A stretch of DNA of 64,000 bases, taken from the NCBI GenBank assembly GCA_036172245.1, contig JAYWIR010000015.1, forward strand, positions 2,170,001-2,234,000, read 5' to 3'. This document shows positions 1-18,460 of the stretch, piece by piece. The notes under the pieces are model-generated. The model saw only the letters and a list, made by a program, of their open reading frames with translations, did not search any database and was not told the DNA's origin. The stretch comes from Raillietiella orientalis (taxonomy: Eukaryota). Each line of letters starts with the position of its first letter. Within the stretch, counting starts at the first letter, position 1. A program made the translations under genes and the position numbers.

Positions 1-274
1 TACAAAGAAAAAACAATTAATTAAAACACAAATACATATCACTTTAATTATGTGTATGACAAAGATTTTGTGCAACTAAATTAGCTACAAAAAAATCAAC
101 GAATAGAAAAAACTATAACCAATCTTTTCAGTGATGGGAAACTCAGATTTAAGAAGGTAAACCCTGACTACACTGCTTTCCAAATATCACGCATTTCCAA
201 AGAACTGTATCGTATCTCTTTTTATTGCATGAACCATATCTTATCATATCTTATTTCATTTTAAGCAATCTTAC

Positions 275-501
275 CGTTATATCCAGTGTCAAATTCTTTG
301 GGTTTTGCTCGTAATGTGCTACCAACGTTACGGCATCACTGGTATCCAAAAACTTCTCCAAATATGGATTAGATATCAAATTGGAAACGCACGGTTCATC
401 GGGGAAAATGCAAAAATAATTGGCTAAAAGAAACACTCTTCACTACTTGACGTAATATACTTACCAATAGTGTGTATGATAAACTGCTTTCTATCATCCA
501 T
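275..501 (-). CDS. DYNC2H1: Cytoplasmic dynein 2 heavy chain 1 (IFT dynein), first two coding exons; gene continues off the left edge
   Basis: Exon 1 at 501-465 (ATG, MDDRKQFIIHTI), 41-nt GT-AG intron at 464-424, exon 2 at 423-275 (ANYFCIFPDEPCVSNLISNPYLEKFLDTSDAVTL...). Resembles the recalled DYNC2H1 N-terminus (DVRKLFIFTTTQNYFG...NNFLDDG). Exons below 275 not resolved. Confidence 0.7.
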
Positions 502-3500
502 CGTTAAAGGGACACCTCATGTTTATGCTTCCGTAAGACCTACACCATTAAACATACGCTTCGTCGAGAGAATTTTTGTTTCTTTTTGTCTTCTTGAAAA
601 AGGAATATGAATTGAATGGATATATACTGACTTATACCATTATGTACGAGGACGTTACACAAATACAACGATCTCACACGGGAACGTTGGCTTCGATGCA
701 CACTGGCCCAACACATTTTATGCACGCAACTGAAGATATAATTGACCACTAATCAATACCAGGCAATTATTAGAAATTAAAAATCAGCTTGTTTTCGTTC
801 GAACCCTTGAGCAAAACCGTGAGCCTCATGGGATTACTCCTGTGCTCATACAAAATATGAAATTTTTAAGCATAACTACAACTTCTAGGCGTACTTCCCA
901 AAATATCATTGATGAAATCGTTCAATAGATGATAACTGATACTGGAAAGGGACTCACTAGAAATTAATTCCTACTATGAAGATGAGAAGAGAATGAGAAG
1001 TATGGACTTATCTTTTGTTATGTTAAAATAGTTGTATGAAGAAATGAAATATCCAGAGAAGCGTACGACAGGAAGGAAAAAAACAAGCTTATGGGAATGA
1101 GGTGATCATTGAGCTCGATTCTAATCTTAAAAACAAAAACTACTGAATTTGCAGGATGCTTTGCTTCGTGAATTAGAATTCTTATGCAATATGATCTTAA
1201 ATAGCAACTCAGCCTGCCAAAATTTCTCCTTTAGCTGAACATTTGTACACTAACAGGTAATCTTCTCTTTTTTCTTGTCTCTTTTTCTTCAAAAACAAGA
1301 AAATCTTTGGAATCTAAGGAAAATTGTTAGTGTGCTGCTGCTAACTGGATCTGGCCTTTTAGTCAGAAGGATCCATGAGAAACCAAACTCTAACTAAAGC
1401 TATAAGTGCTGCTTCAGTAATCAAGCCCTAACTCTTACCGTGTCTTCTGAGATAATCAGAGTACATGAAATTCATGGTTGGTTGGTTGATACTCAATGGA
1501 AACTGTGATGAAAAATTAATAGCTTAATTTACATCTTGTTGATAGTTGCATATTTCAAACCGAGGACATGTAGAGCAGTGAGAAAAGTTGCTAGTCTATT
1601 CGAGCTTTTTAAAAATATGTATATTATTTTTTTTGTAAAAAAAAAAAAGACAGTTGCTAACGAATTATTATTTGTTTTAAATTTTGGGTGCTAAGGATGG
1701 GCATCACAATGTACTTGTAGTGCTCTTACATTCTGATGTCCATGAAGACCAATATGAAAGTAGCAAATATAAAATTTGATATAAATATCAAATGCAAACC
1801 ATTAATGCAGAATAAGGGCTCATTCCTGAATAGTCACAATATTGCAGTGCTGTTCAAATCCGTTGACTCAGAACGTGGGCGACTGAGAATTGCTTAACAT
1901 GGAAGAAGGTTAAGTTAAGTTGAGTTAACATCATGAATTTTCAAGTACCTCTCTTAAACTATCAGATAACAGCTTGTAATTAAAAACGTGGCCTAAAAAA
2001 TTTATCATAAGTTCACGTCATAATAGCTCTAAAGGATAATTCAAGTATTTTGCAAAAGATACAAGCTTGGCAGCGCCAGAAATCTAGCTTCTACGGAGAA
2101 CGTCTGAAATACGCATAGCAAAGGGAAGCTGCGAAACCATGCAACCATGTAACAGAATCCCTCCAGAACAAAGGGTGCAAAGGACTAGGAGATATTTTAG
2201 AAATGAGTGACTTTTTATGCACACAATAATTTCCTAGCCTTCCTAGCCTAAGAACAAGCCTAGCATTCGATTTTGGTGTTTGTATGCTCGTTGAATATTA
2301 TCACGGCAAACTTGATGCAATTGGAGAAACAAGTTTTCCCGACTCGGACAAATTTATAGAAGAGTTCCAGACATCTTTTCTCCAACTCCTGAGTTAATAA
2401 AAAATAATTTTTTTTTTCAATACTGGAAGGGGAACAACCTAAAATAGCAACTATAAGCGTTGACTCATGATACAGCATAGGCAGATTTCTTGAGATCTGG
2501 AATTTCGATATATAAAAAATCCAATCTTCCAATTCGATCTCCCTCATATGCTTTTTGGAAACAGCATAAGGGATACATAAATGGTCATTAATTCTATGTT
2601 TCTCTGTGAAACAGATCTCGTAACACAGAGCAGTTTCTTGTTCATGTGACTGCCCCTTAGAGATTATAAGGACCTTCCGTTCATTTTTCAATACAGTACT
2701 GCAGATAAGAGAACATGATAGCTACAATCAGCTAGCATAAACGTTGGAAGTTAAATAATCAGCTGTAAAGTGTTAAATGATCTCAAACGGATGGCTTATT
2801 GATAAATATACATACACATAAATATAAGTTCATAACTAAAAATACAGAAATTAACAAATATGAAATTAATTTAAATAACAACTATGAAAATTCTTAATTG
2901 CCGTCAATCAAACGAACTTTGGAAGCAATCAGCCTCTGAAAGCTCTATTCTACAATACAGCTAACATTTAGATGTGTGCCTTTACAGTTAACTAAAAGAG
3001 AATTCGTCATGAGATACAACAGGTGCAAATGTTCAAAAAGCGAGTCGCGCGCATATCAGTTAGAGTTAGAGGTTGCCTGAAAAGGTTTCTCTTCCCTTCA
3101 AAAAACTACTGGCACTGAATATTTTTTGGAGCAGCTAATGGTTGTTTTTTGGCAGTCGCAATAGCTTTGAGGTTTGCTCAGAAGAGGTGGCGTTCAACTT
3201 TATGGATTTCAAAGCTTTGGGACTCGACTAGAATCCATTAAAAGTACATACAGAAAAGGAATCTGCTTCACTCTTAGATGCATTCGAACACAGAAGTTGC
3301 AATTTAATGAAGCTGCGAAAATCCCACTTATTAAGAACATGAATTTCAAGCTACATTTTTTTTTATGTTCACCGCGCTAATGTATGCATAAAACGGGCAA
3401 CAAGTTAATCTGAACCTAAATGAGAATTGTGAGGTCTATGTCTGAATATTTTCTAAGTTATGCTTATGTACACCCAAATCAATATCATGTTGGCGTTTTT

Positions 3501-4995
3501 GATATTATTCAGTCCTTAATTGTGAGTCAGTATGCACTTATAAAACATAGCAAATAACCTTCATACGTAGAGAATAAACAATGGACAGAAGTATTTTGAT
3601 GATATTACAAAAACACAGTTTAGACCAATGGTACATAACACCAGATATTGACTGGTTCACTGTAGACGCTGAAAACGATGTGGAATGTTAAGTCCACGAA
3701 TATACTGGTCGAAATGTTCAAAGCATTAGTCTCTAAACTGTTATCCAAGTATTTATGCTCATACAAATTGAGGTTTTTTTACAAGGAATACTCTAATTCG
3801 ATTTTCATACTCCAATATGAAAACATTTTTCTGAGCTGTAGACTAAGTGCGAAGAGTTGACTGCATTTCTGAGCGATTGAATAGTCATTCTTTTAAATGC
3901 TACTTTTCATGGTACCAGATACCAAAGAGGTTCAACATATCCAAACACTTCAAAATAAATGTCTGATATCTGTTTGGAGTAGCATTTTTGCCAATTTAAA
4001 ACTTCAAGTGTGCTGTGCCTCCTTACCTCATTAAACACTTTATTAAGTAAACAACCAGAAAAATATTGAATTTGAAACTAAACTTCTAACTTTCCACTGA
4101 AAGCAATATTGCACTTTACAGGATTCCATAATGACTAGTGACTTTGCTTAATACTGAGATCTATTAAAACACATTTCCGTTTCCAAGAAAAGTTGCATTT
4201 TGAAGGGTAGTGCATACAAAGCCATACTTGGTCAAATCAGAATTTTAGCTTTGTTCAATAACTACCAGGGATCTAATAAAATAGTGGATTTTAAGAATTT
4301 GTATGATTAATGGAGTATTGAGTATTTTTAAAGCTACACCCATTGGGTGTTAACTGCTCTTCCATTTAAGAATAAAAAATCGCCAATGATTTTCCTTGGT
4401 CAATAAATTTAACAAACATCTATTATTGACTGAATTAGGAACAACTGAAAATTACTTATCAGAAACTACACCCTGACTGCTACAAAAAAAATTATGTAAT
4501 GATGCAACTTCAACTCTGATTTTCTATTCATAATTTCCAATACATGCTGTGAACTCTGTGTTTGATTTCAAAACCTTAAAGTGGTATACAAGGAACTGAA
4601 ACATTTCTACAGCCCATAATCAGAGCAGTTATCAATATAATCAACTTGAAAAAAAGTTTCTTTCCTTGATGAAACCATATGTTTGAATCCAGAATGCTTT
4701 CCAAACCTCAGCCTTGTTCTCAGTCTTAAAGAATCAATGAAGAAACAATTCAGCAATGAAAACACAAACCCATTTTCTTTCATTAAGTTGTTTAAGCACA
4801 TCAAATTACTGATAGTGTACTGTTATAGGACAATTATTAAAAACAAGCGAATAACTGATTGTAAAAATCATTGCCAATAGATTTTCCAGCCCAAAACACA
4901 CAAAGCACAACACATGAAAGGTTCAAAAAGTTAACTACATTTTGGTTGTATTCAGTACATTTTTTTTAGCTTTTCTTGAATTCTCATACAGTTTA

Positions 4996-5175
4996 TCACC
5001 AAGGTGGTTTTTCACCTGCAAACCTCTCTCTTCCATAGAGTGCACTTTTACCCCTAAATCTTGACATTCTTTCAGTTTCTTTATTATCTACATATCTTGC
5101 TAAGAGCGCTGCAAAAATGGGAAGAAAAATAAATAAATCTCTGCGGTTCAAGTTGATTTCTTTCCAATAGCCCAT
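4996..5175 (-). CDS. NDUFB1: NADH dehydrogenase (ubiquinone) 1 beta subcomplex subunit 1 (MNLL), 59 aa, intronless CDS
   Basis: Manual translation: MGYWKEINLNRRDLFIFLPIFAALLARYVDNKETERMSRFRGKSALYGRERFAGEKPPW*. One hydrophobic helix followed by the NDUFB1 signature (D.KETERM..FR.KSALYGR...W). Below the 60-aa ORF cut-off. Confidence 0.9.
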   Translation of the reverse strand: MGYWKEINLNRRDLFIFLPIFAALLARYVDNKETERMSRFRGKSALYGRERFAGEKPPW

Positions 5176-6229
5176 TCTCAGATTAGATGCTCTAGTAAAA
5201 GATGAAAAGTCCTTTATGATACGTTTTTCCGTGCGTACTGTATCTACTTACTTTATTTTCGAGCTTACTTAATCATTCAACTGATTATTAATTAGTAGGC
5301 TTTTCTTCCACTTTTGCGTATATCGATAATCAGCGAAAATTGATCCAAAGCAAAAAGTTGGAAAAAGTACAATCACTATGTACTTTCGCACTAAGACACC
5401 CAAATGTTTAAAAACAGATCTTTTTTCCATTCAAAGGATTTACAGCAAGTATGTCATTTTCTTTCACGTGACTCCTCTAAAATAATTTCAACAGAAACAC
5501 TTTTGTTATTTAAAAGAATTTGAATGCAAATATGGTTATAAAGATATATATGTATAAGAAACTATTATATTGGCTTCACTCCACTGCAATATATACATCT
5601 AAATATAACTAGGTGATACAATGGATTGTTATATTACCACACTTAACTTGCTGTCATTCACTAATTCTACACCTAAAACTGAGCACTTCATTTTCAAGGA
5701 AGTCAATTTAATGTGGAATAAGACTCACCGAGAAACGTATATCTATTTCATACACTCAGAAATGCCAAATACATCCACAGAGAATTTTCCGGATTTCTCC
5801 TATTTAATTTCTCGATCTGAAATTCCGCAGTTCCAAAACTGAGAGCACATATGAGCATCCAAAACAGTTAATCAAAGAAGAATGAGTTCATTTCATCTAC
5901 GAAGAAAATATTTTAAAATTTTGGCTGAACAAGAACTAGCATGTCTCGAATTTCATTCGCCTGGTTTGTTATCAAGTTTATCGAGGACTCCACAGGTGGT
6001 TACTTTGTCAATTGTCCAAAAAATACAAGAAAAATTTGGTGTGATTCAAAAATTGTCATAAATAAAAGAAAGTTGTAAGTTTTCGACATCTCTATGCCAG
6101 ACATCTCTATATCACTGCTACAAAAACGGGTTTACGTGTCCGAATTACGTACAGAAAGGGACGTTTGCTTCCTGATGTCTTGATTCTGACAAAAAAGAGA
6201 CATCACCTACTAGGGCTACTAACTGCATA

Positions 6230-6800
6230 TGCCACAGGATCGGACATCTGTAGAACCAAACGCAGAACCAAAAACTGAAGGGAAGACTAATCACTGACTA
6301 AAAATTAGTAATTTTTAGAAAGATTTAGTGCAAGGTTGAAAGTAAATGATAAGATATCCAGGAAATGAATAGCAGATAGAAAAACAGTAAATACAGTGTG
6401 GCTTTCTGAGATGAAAGAGGAAAGATGAATATTTCTACAATAGAAGGAATAGAAAAGATTTAAAAGAATCGCTGGAAGGTAATGAGAATGTGGAGTAAAA
6501 AATAGAGAAAGCAATAGTAATGAATTATTGGAAATTTCTCCATTCTTTGAGAGCACATGAAAACTGGTTAATTTTTTTCCAATTGCTACAAACGGTAACC
6601 TGATTGACTGGTTCTTAGTTTAGTCCTTGCTGGTTTCTGGGATTCTAAGTTTTTGTGATGTATGGAATATATATATTGGTAGCTTCTGTTGGGGTGATTA
6701 CTTATAGATGAGAATACAGTGAACGGATGAAATGACGTTTGTTATTTGTCTTTTGATTTGTAGTTAGAATAATGATAGCAAAAAATGTGGTGACGATTTT
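6230..6800 (-). mobile_element. Decayed non-LTR retrotransposon (LINE) 3' fragment
   Basis: Minus-strand translation (...CRNIHLSSFISESHTVFTVFLSAIHFLDILSFTFNL...) loosely resembles the C-terminal tail of LINE RT ORFs and is interrupted by stops. Boundaries approximate. Confidence 0.3.
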
Positions 6801-7909
6801 CGTTTAGCGTCAGATGAGTCAGTTTCAGAGGATGGAAAACCGCTAGGTTTACGGCGGAGAAATTATGAGATCACGGGCAAGTCTCAATTATGCATTCTCT
6901 AGCCTCTGCTTTTCCATATCTTTTTAGTAAGAGCCTCGGTGTTATCTATCCTCCTTTATGTTTGGTTTCCTGTTTTCGCCTAGTCCCTCCATGTCTCTTA
7001 GAGAGTGGAAGGTGGAAGGATGAAAGCTGATAATGGAATCTGAGCTCGTCAATCTGTAGGAGTCACGTGTGTATTATGTATGGGTGATAGGAAAGGAAAA
7101 AGGAAACCATGTCATTCACGGTGCCTTGTGCGTGAACTTGTGCACTTGCTCCAAAAACGGCTCCGCAGACCATTTCAGAATGCAAAATAAGAAGCATACT
7201 GTCACACAAAAATGTCTTTAATGTATGGATAACAAATATGACCCATGTTGCAGCTAAACCTCTGCAAATCGTGAAAATATCTTGCTTAATACAGAAATTA
7301 GAGGAATAATACTATGGGAAATGACACCCAGGTTGTCCAAGATCGGAAAAGAATCCGGTGAAAATTTATTTTCGTAGGATCCATTTTTATCGCAGGATTA
7401 CACTTATGTCCACTAAACAAAATTTTGTGTAAATGGAGGGCTCTTTGTAATAAGCGAGCTGAAGATATGCCAAAGTTTAGTTCACCAGTTACATTGGTGC
7501 TGTGGACTTTAGACGGAATGATTTTGATCAGCTGAACATGTTCAGGAGCATTTCCTTGAAAATTCTAAATTATTGTTGACATTTGTGACTGATAAGAGGT
7601 CTGATTTAATTTTATACCATTGAATCAGTAGATAATAATAAGGGGTGCTTTGTTAATAAATGTAAATGCAAAGATAAGTAATCAAAAGCACTTAAACTTT
7701 TATCTCAGCATTAAAATTTTATGAATTAACAACCAAGATTCCTGCTTCATCTGTGATGACTGCAACATTTTGTTTCATTAAAATATAAATAAATTGCAAA
7801 TACACTTCATCATGACTATCTAATAACTATGATATCCAAAATGAATATAGAAATTGTAAAAGGCAAATTATTTATGTTTTTGGATAATAAGCTTTTAAGA
7901 ATCAAGTTA

Positions 7910-13335
<5,426 letters not shown>

Positions 13336-15200
13336 TCAATTGTTGCGACATGGCATTTGTATATGAGCTGAGTGCCGTCATGAATGAATTTCTATTGCTT
13401 ATAAAAGAAACTTCCCTTTTATGAAACTCACATTCTGATCCCAATATTCCGGCTCTAAAATCTTCTAAACAATACTATAGGTTGAAAACTGACAATCGAC
13501 ATTTGAAAACATATGCTCGTCCCAATGCTTACTTGCTGTGCATTTAGAAACAGAGTTCTGCAAATGTGAGAAATATTTAACCATTTGTTACATCCCGAAT
13601 AACCTCATGCTGGAAATACATTAATTTGACACATGATCCAAACATTTGAAATCATACGTAGAAATAAAAATTAAAAGTCTGATGCATATGAAAACATTTC
13701 ACGTGACCTTTTATCAGCTCAGAATTTGAATTTAATGTTAATTTATTTGGAAGCTATGGGAGATTTTTTTTTCTCTCTCTCTTTTTCTCAATACATGTAC
13801 GTGACGTATTGTTGATACACTTTCTCAATCAGACATGCGCCTTTCATCTTGACACAATCTAGCTCATAATGATAAACAATCATTTATTAGCAGTCTATTA
13901 TTTCATTATTTTGTTTCCCACTGCTTCGTTTCTGAAACATGACGTCTTTCTTTCAACAACAAAAAAATGACTGAATCTTGCTTTCATTCTGAAATAATGC
14001 GTATTTTATTTCACAACAGTTTGCCGTTAGGTATCGGAAAAATCAGGCGTCTGCATGTTCCTTCCATTCTCTCAAATGTGATTTCTTTTATGTACGAATG
14101 TCTATAGTTCCTTTTTTTTTTTTTTTTTTTTTAAATACAAGTGTGGCTTACTTTTAAATGCATACCTTGCAAATCTAATGATCCTCGAAAGGTAAGAATG
14201 GAAAATACGGAATAGGTTTCACGGTTTTTAAAAAATGAATGGAGAAAAACTTCCATGCTCTTGCTCACATGGGATCTCTAACCAAACACCAAGAATCTTA
14301 CTGGCATGCCGAGAACGCGGAAAAAAAACAAAAAAATGAACCACTTTTTAGATGTAATGAAACCGGAAATGTTGCATCTCTGTTACAAGGGAGACGAATT
14401 TGAAAAATCAAAAAGATTTCGGCGAAAAACGTAGCATGTTGGAACCCCGTGGTTCTCCTGATGTGCAATACGCTCACAAGTGAAAGGCATCAGAGGGACA
14501 TCGGTCACGGGAACTGTTTACACGCAACATACTTCTTATTAAGAAAAAGGAATACAGAGCAAACGTGCTGGATTTCTTCGAACCATCCTACTAATGTTTA
14601 TAATTGCAAATCTTGTTTTTATTGCATGTGAGAAGGGGAACCAATGAGTAATTTCGCTAAGGGCATAAAAGATTGTCCCGGCGGCGCCTGGCAGCAAGAA
14701 TGCAGTTTTAGTCGATGCTCTTCGAGCACTTATGCAGTAGGGAAAAAATCCAGTCTTCAGAAAACTGACCCGGAACGTTCTTTAGGAAACTTCATGGAGC
14801 AAAGAAAACGATTATTACTGCGTATCTTTAGATAAGATTGAAAATAAAACATAGTATCTTTTGATTGGCATTTCCTAAATTGATTAATTTATCGATATAT
14901 TATTCGTTTTAGCCACCCAGCAGGTGGGTCACCCATTAAAATGGTTGACTAAATTTTAGTAGAATTAAGTCAGCATTGGGATTTAATTCTGTTATAAGAG
15001 CCCTCGAAATTTTTTATGAGGATATGAGTGAGGTTCTCCTCACCAATGTCCAGCTGTGAACGAAAGAACGAAGTTATTCTTATTACATACCTGAAATGTT
15101 TAATGCAGTGCTAAAACACTCCTAACTTGGGCTTTAAATAATTTCGTTTGTTTTCTATCCCAATATTGGATGGATGATCTTTTTCCCCAATGCTCTGTGC

Positions 15201-15317
<117 letters not shown>

Positions 15318-16270
15318 TTTCCCATTGCGATGAAGTGCCATTTCTAACGAAAACTTATTGTCAATGCAACGAGCTTCTTATTCATATAATTCTATGCAGT
15401 CAGTTTTTAGTTCGACCATCAGTGATCCCATTCAAAATGATGCGAGACAAGATCCTATTCATCAGTGATCACGCTGGATGAGCTGTAACAAACGTGTATT
15501 TTTTTTTTTTTTTTCACTTTAGGAACAACAAAGTCATATTTACCAGGAAATTACAAATTCCAAGACATCTCACATTCTTTGTTAAAGAACTCGTCGACAC
15601 GTCTCGTGTCCATGAGTTCTTTGTAAAGTAACTTGGGATGCTTTTTATTCAAACATCCAAGCAGCAGAGAATCTGATTACAACTGATATTGTGATCACAA
15701 TTGCATTCTGATCTGGGCATCATCAGAATGATGCTGTTCCATGTTTCACCTCGAAAACACTGGTGAAGTCATTCATTTTCAGCAGATATCAAGCTGAAAA
15801 TTTTCCGAGGTGCCGGAATCGAAGTTTTATTCATTTATGTGGAACCCAACTCTTAATCCATTCAAGCGGAAGCGAGTCCCTTGGTTATAAGAACGCTACT
15901 TTTAATGAGGGATCATAGGAATAAGCTATGATTCGGTTGACTCTCCTAGCTTTTCGTAATTGGGAGGAAATTCATGAAGCTTTGCAGGATCATTTTTCAT
16001 TCAAATGCATGCTTTTATTCTAACAAACAGTATCCGTGCAAGATGAAATAATTTACCAGTGGAAAGTGATGCGACGCTCCCGCCCAAAAGAGTTTGCTTT
16101 TATCTCTACACATCGGGAAGGATGCCTTTCTTCAGCAGTCTCGACATGATGAAATTTGGGAAGCATCTGTGAAATGAAGCAAACAAGGAAGCTGCGAGCA
16201 TGGAAAGTTCGAGAATCATGGAGAATATGAAAAGATCTTCCGTGAGAAATGCTGGAGGTTTTGGTCACCC

Positions 16271-16447
16271 ATATGAACCAACCACTCATTCCTTGTGCGT
16301 TGTTTTCTTTCAACCACCCACCTACAAGAAGAACAGTAGTGAAAGGAAAAGCAGCTTTTTTCGTGCAATGGGAGAAAGAAGGGATAATAATGGATCACCA
16401 TTTCAAAAAAGGGGGATCCCGGAATGAAAATCAGATCCTTTTATCAG
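16271..16447. repeat. Left arm of ~180-bp inverted repeat (partner 17502-17680)
   Basis: cacctacaagaagaacagtagtgaaaggaaaagcagctttt... is the near reverse complement of ...aaaagctgctttccctttcactactgttcttcttgtaggtg near 17590-17630. Similarity extends both ways with scattered mismatches. Confidence 0.9.
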
Positions 16448-16449
16448 GA

Positions 16450-17290
16450 TTCGCAAATATATAAGGAACAAAGCACAAGAGTGGATTTTTAGAATTTGCA
16501 ATTAGAATTCGTAAGTCTAACCAGCCGTTCATAATTCCTATTTATAATGTGCTCTGATTAAAATCAAGGAAGCCAAAAGATCCATTCTTTTCACGTGTGG
16601 AGTCCAAAGAAGATGTTTTCCTCCGCTCATGCAGTTTTCACATGAAGATATGAATGATGGAAAGATTTTTCTGTACGCTGGAACCCCGTCTGGTTGGACC
16701 AGGTTGTGGAAGTCATCCTTTCGATGTCGCCTCCGCAATGGAATGGATCACTCCAACTGCGCCTTTGCAATTATTGCGGCCTGAGGAAGCGGCGACTCGG
16801 TTAGGATCTTCCAGTCTTTCTGTTGCCGAATTCTTCATTAGACACGTGCACTAATGGAAAACTTATCGGTTATCTGCTTTGTTCCCAGAATGAAAGAGGA
16901 AAAAATATTACTTTTCACGACACTCGATTCACCGAGCGCGGTTCCTCGTAACTCAACACGGGCAGATTTGCAGACCTCATTGTATGCGTCTTCCTGGATG
17001 CTTTTGAAGGCCTAGTGTTTCGCGGATTGATTCTCTTTAGTTTTCTCCTTGGTGTTCGTGAACACTGGTTCGAAGCGCCAATCCATCTTTCAAGCATCCT
17101 CACATATTTCCAGCAGTCCATGCTCAATCGCCCATGGAAGCTAAGCGGAATTCGAGGTTCTGGCAACCTGTTACCAAGTGAAATTGGCACCACTTTATTA
17201 TCTTGAGGTGTGGGGAAAGTTTTTTGATGCAACTTCGAGGACCTCACTCTGATCTCCCAAGACATACGAACACACATAACCATACGTTTC
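16450..17290 (-). mobile_element. Decayed LINE ORF2 C-terminal region (late RT plus zinc knuckle)
   Basis: Minus-strand fragments RIPLSFHG...KYVRML (cf. LINE KYLG.LD) and SCENCMSGGKHLLW (cf. C..C...E..HLL..C knuckle), with frameshifts and stops. Confidence 0.5.
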
Positions 17291-17501
17291 CGATCACATG
17301 GGACTCATTTCTCCGAGTATGGTCTTTTTCAGGGAAAGGCAGAACTAAAATGGTTTCCGACCAGCCACATAAGAAAAAGCATACACACTTCTCTAGCTCT
17401 GGTTTCGGACCGGAGAGGATCGCGTTCGCTTCCGAAAATCTGCTCTCGCGCTTCTTCCTTTATATACACACGCAAATTATACACACTATTGTGTTAGGAT
17501 T

Positions 17502-17680
17502 GCTGATAAAGAGATCTGATTTTTATTTCGGGATCCTCCTTTTTTGAAGTCGTAGCCCATTATTCTCTCTTCTTTCTCCAATTGCACGAAAAAGCTGCTT
17601 TCCCTTTCACTACTGTTCTTCTTGTAGGTGAGTGGTTGAAAGTAAATGGCTCACAAGGAATGGGTGGTGGTGGCCCATAT
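17502..17680. repeat. Right arm of ~180-bp inverted repeat (partner 16271-16447)
   Basis: Reverse complement match to 16271-16447. Confidence 0.9.
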
Positions 17681-17704
17681 TTGTGAATTAGGAAGAAACG
17701 AAGA

Positions 17705-17990
17705 GACACTCCTCAGGGGATACCTACTGAGTGAATAAGGAAGTTCCCCTCCTAAGCGTAAGAAGAAAGGACTCCTTCCTCCGGAGCCTTCCTGTATTCA
17801 TAGGTTGGTCCCTCCCTGGGTACATTCTAGCTTGAGGAGTAACACGCACCCTTGGGCGGCGTGGACAGTGTTAAAAAGCTTCGTGAGCCCTTAGGCGAAC
17901 GTTTCTTGAGTATTTAGCGAACCAGAAAACGAAAACCCGAAAAAAAAAAAAAAGAAAAACAGAAGGAAAACAGCGATACAGAAATATTCA
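17705..17990. repeat. Hairpin-rich dispersed repeat, copy 1 (inverted relative to copies 2 and 3)
   Basis: Reverse complement (gggctcacgaagctttttaacactgtccacgccgcccaagggtg...gggagggaccaacctatgaatacaggaagg) aligns with 35461-35570 (gggctcacaaaactcttttaaccctgtccacgccacccgagggtg...gggagggaaccaccctataaatcc). Confidence 0.85.
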
Positions 17991-18460
17991 AAGGGATTTC
18001 CTGGGCGTTATGAATACGAGCTGGAGCGTATCCAAATAGAGTTAAGATGTGAAGGTTAGAGTGAAAATTGCCCCTGTAGCCATGAGTCAGTGTGAAAATT
18101 AAGGAGAAACTGAATGCACTATTGAACAGAAGAGATTCGCTCAGTATGGGCAATAGAAGAAGTTATCTTTATTTTTTTAATAATCGTGCAACTCGAAAAT
18201 TGCTACAGGAGCACAAAAGAAAAGCAAAGAAAGGAATTCTGGAAATAATTCAGAAGAGGAGCACAAGCGTTTTGCCCAGTGGTCAAACAACGTATCATGA
18301 TTAGCTAGGAGGAAAAAAAGGTGAGGAAACCGTGACGCAAAAACTATCGCATGGTGAAACCAATTTTCGTAAACCTCAGTATCTTCGACACACAAAGATC
18401 GAAAGGCGAGATTCATCTTTAAGATGGCCCAGGAAGTTTTCGCGAGTCCCATTTGTTACC
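17990..18460 (-). mobile_element. Possible decayed LINE C-terminal fragment adjoining repeat copy 1
   Basis: Minus-strand FFCAPVAIFELHDY*KNKDNFFYCPY* resembles a C..C...HFF..CP.Y zinc knuckle. Weak. Confidence 0.3.
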
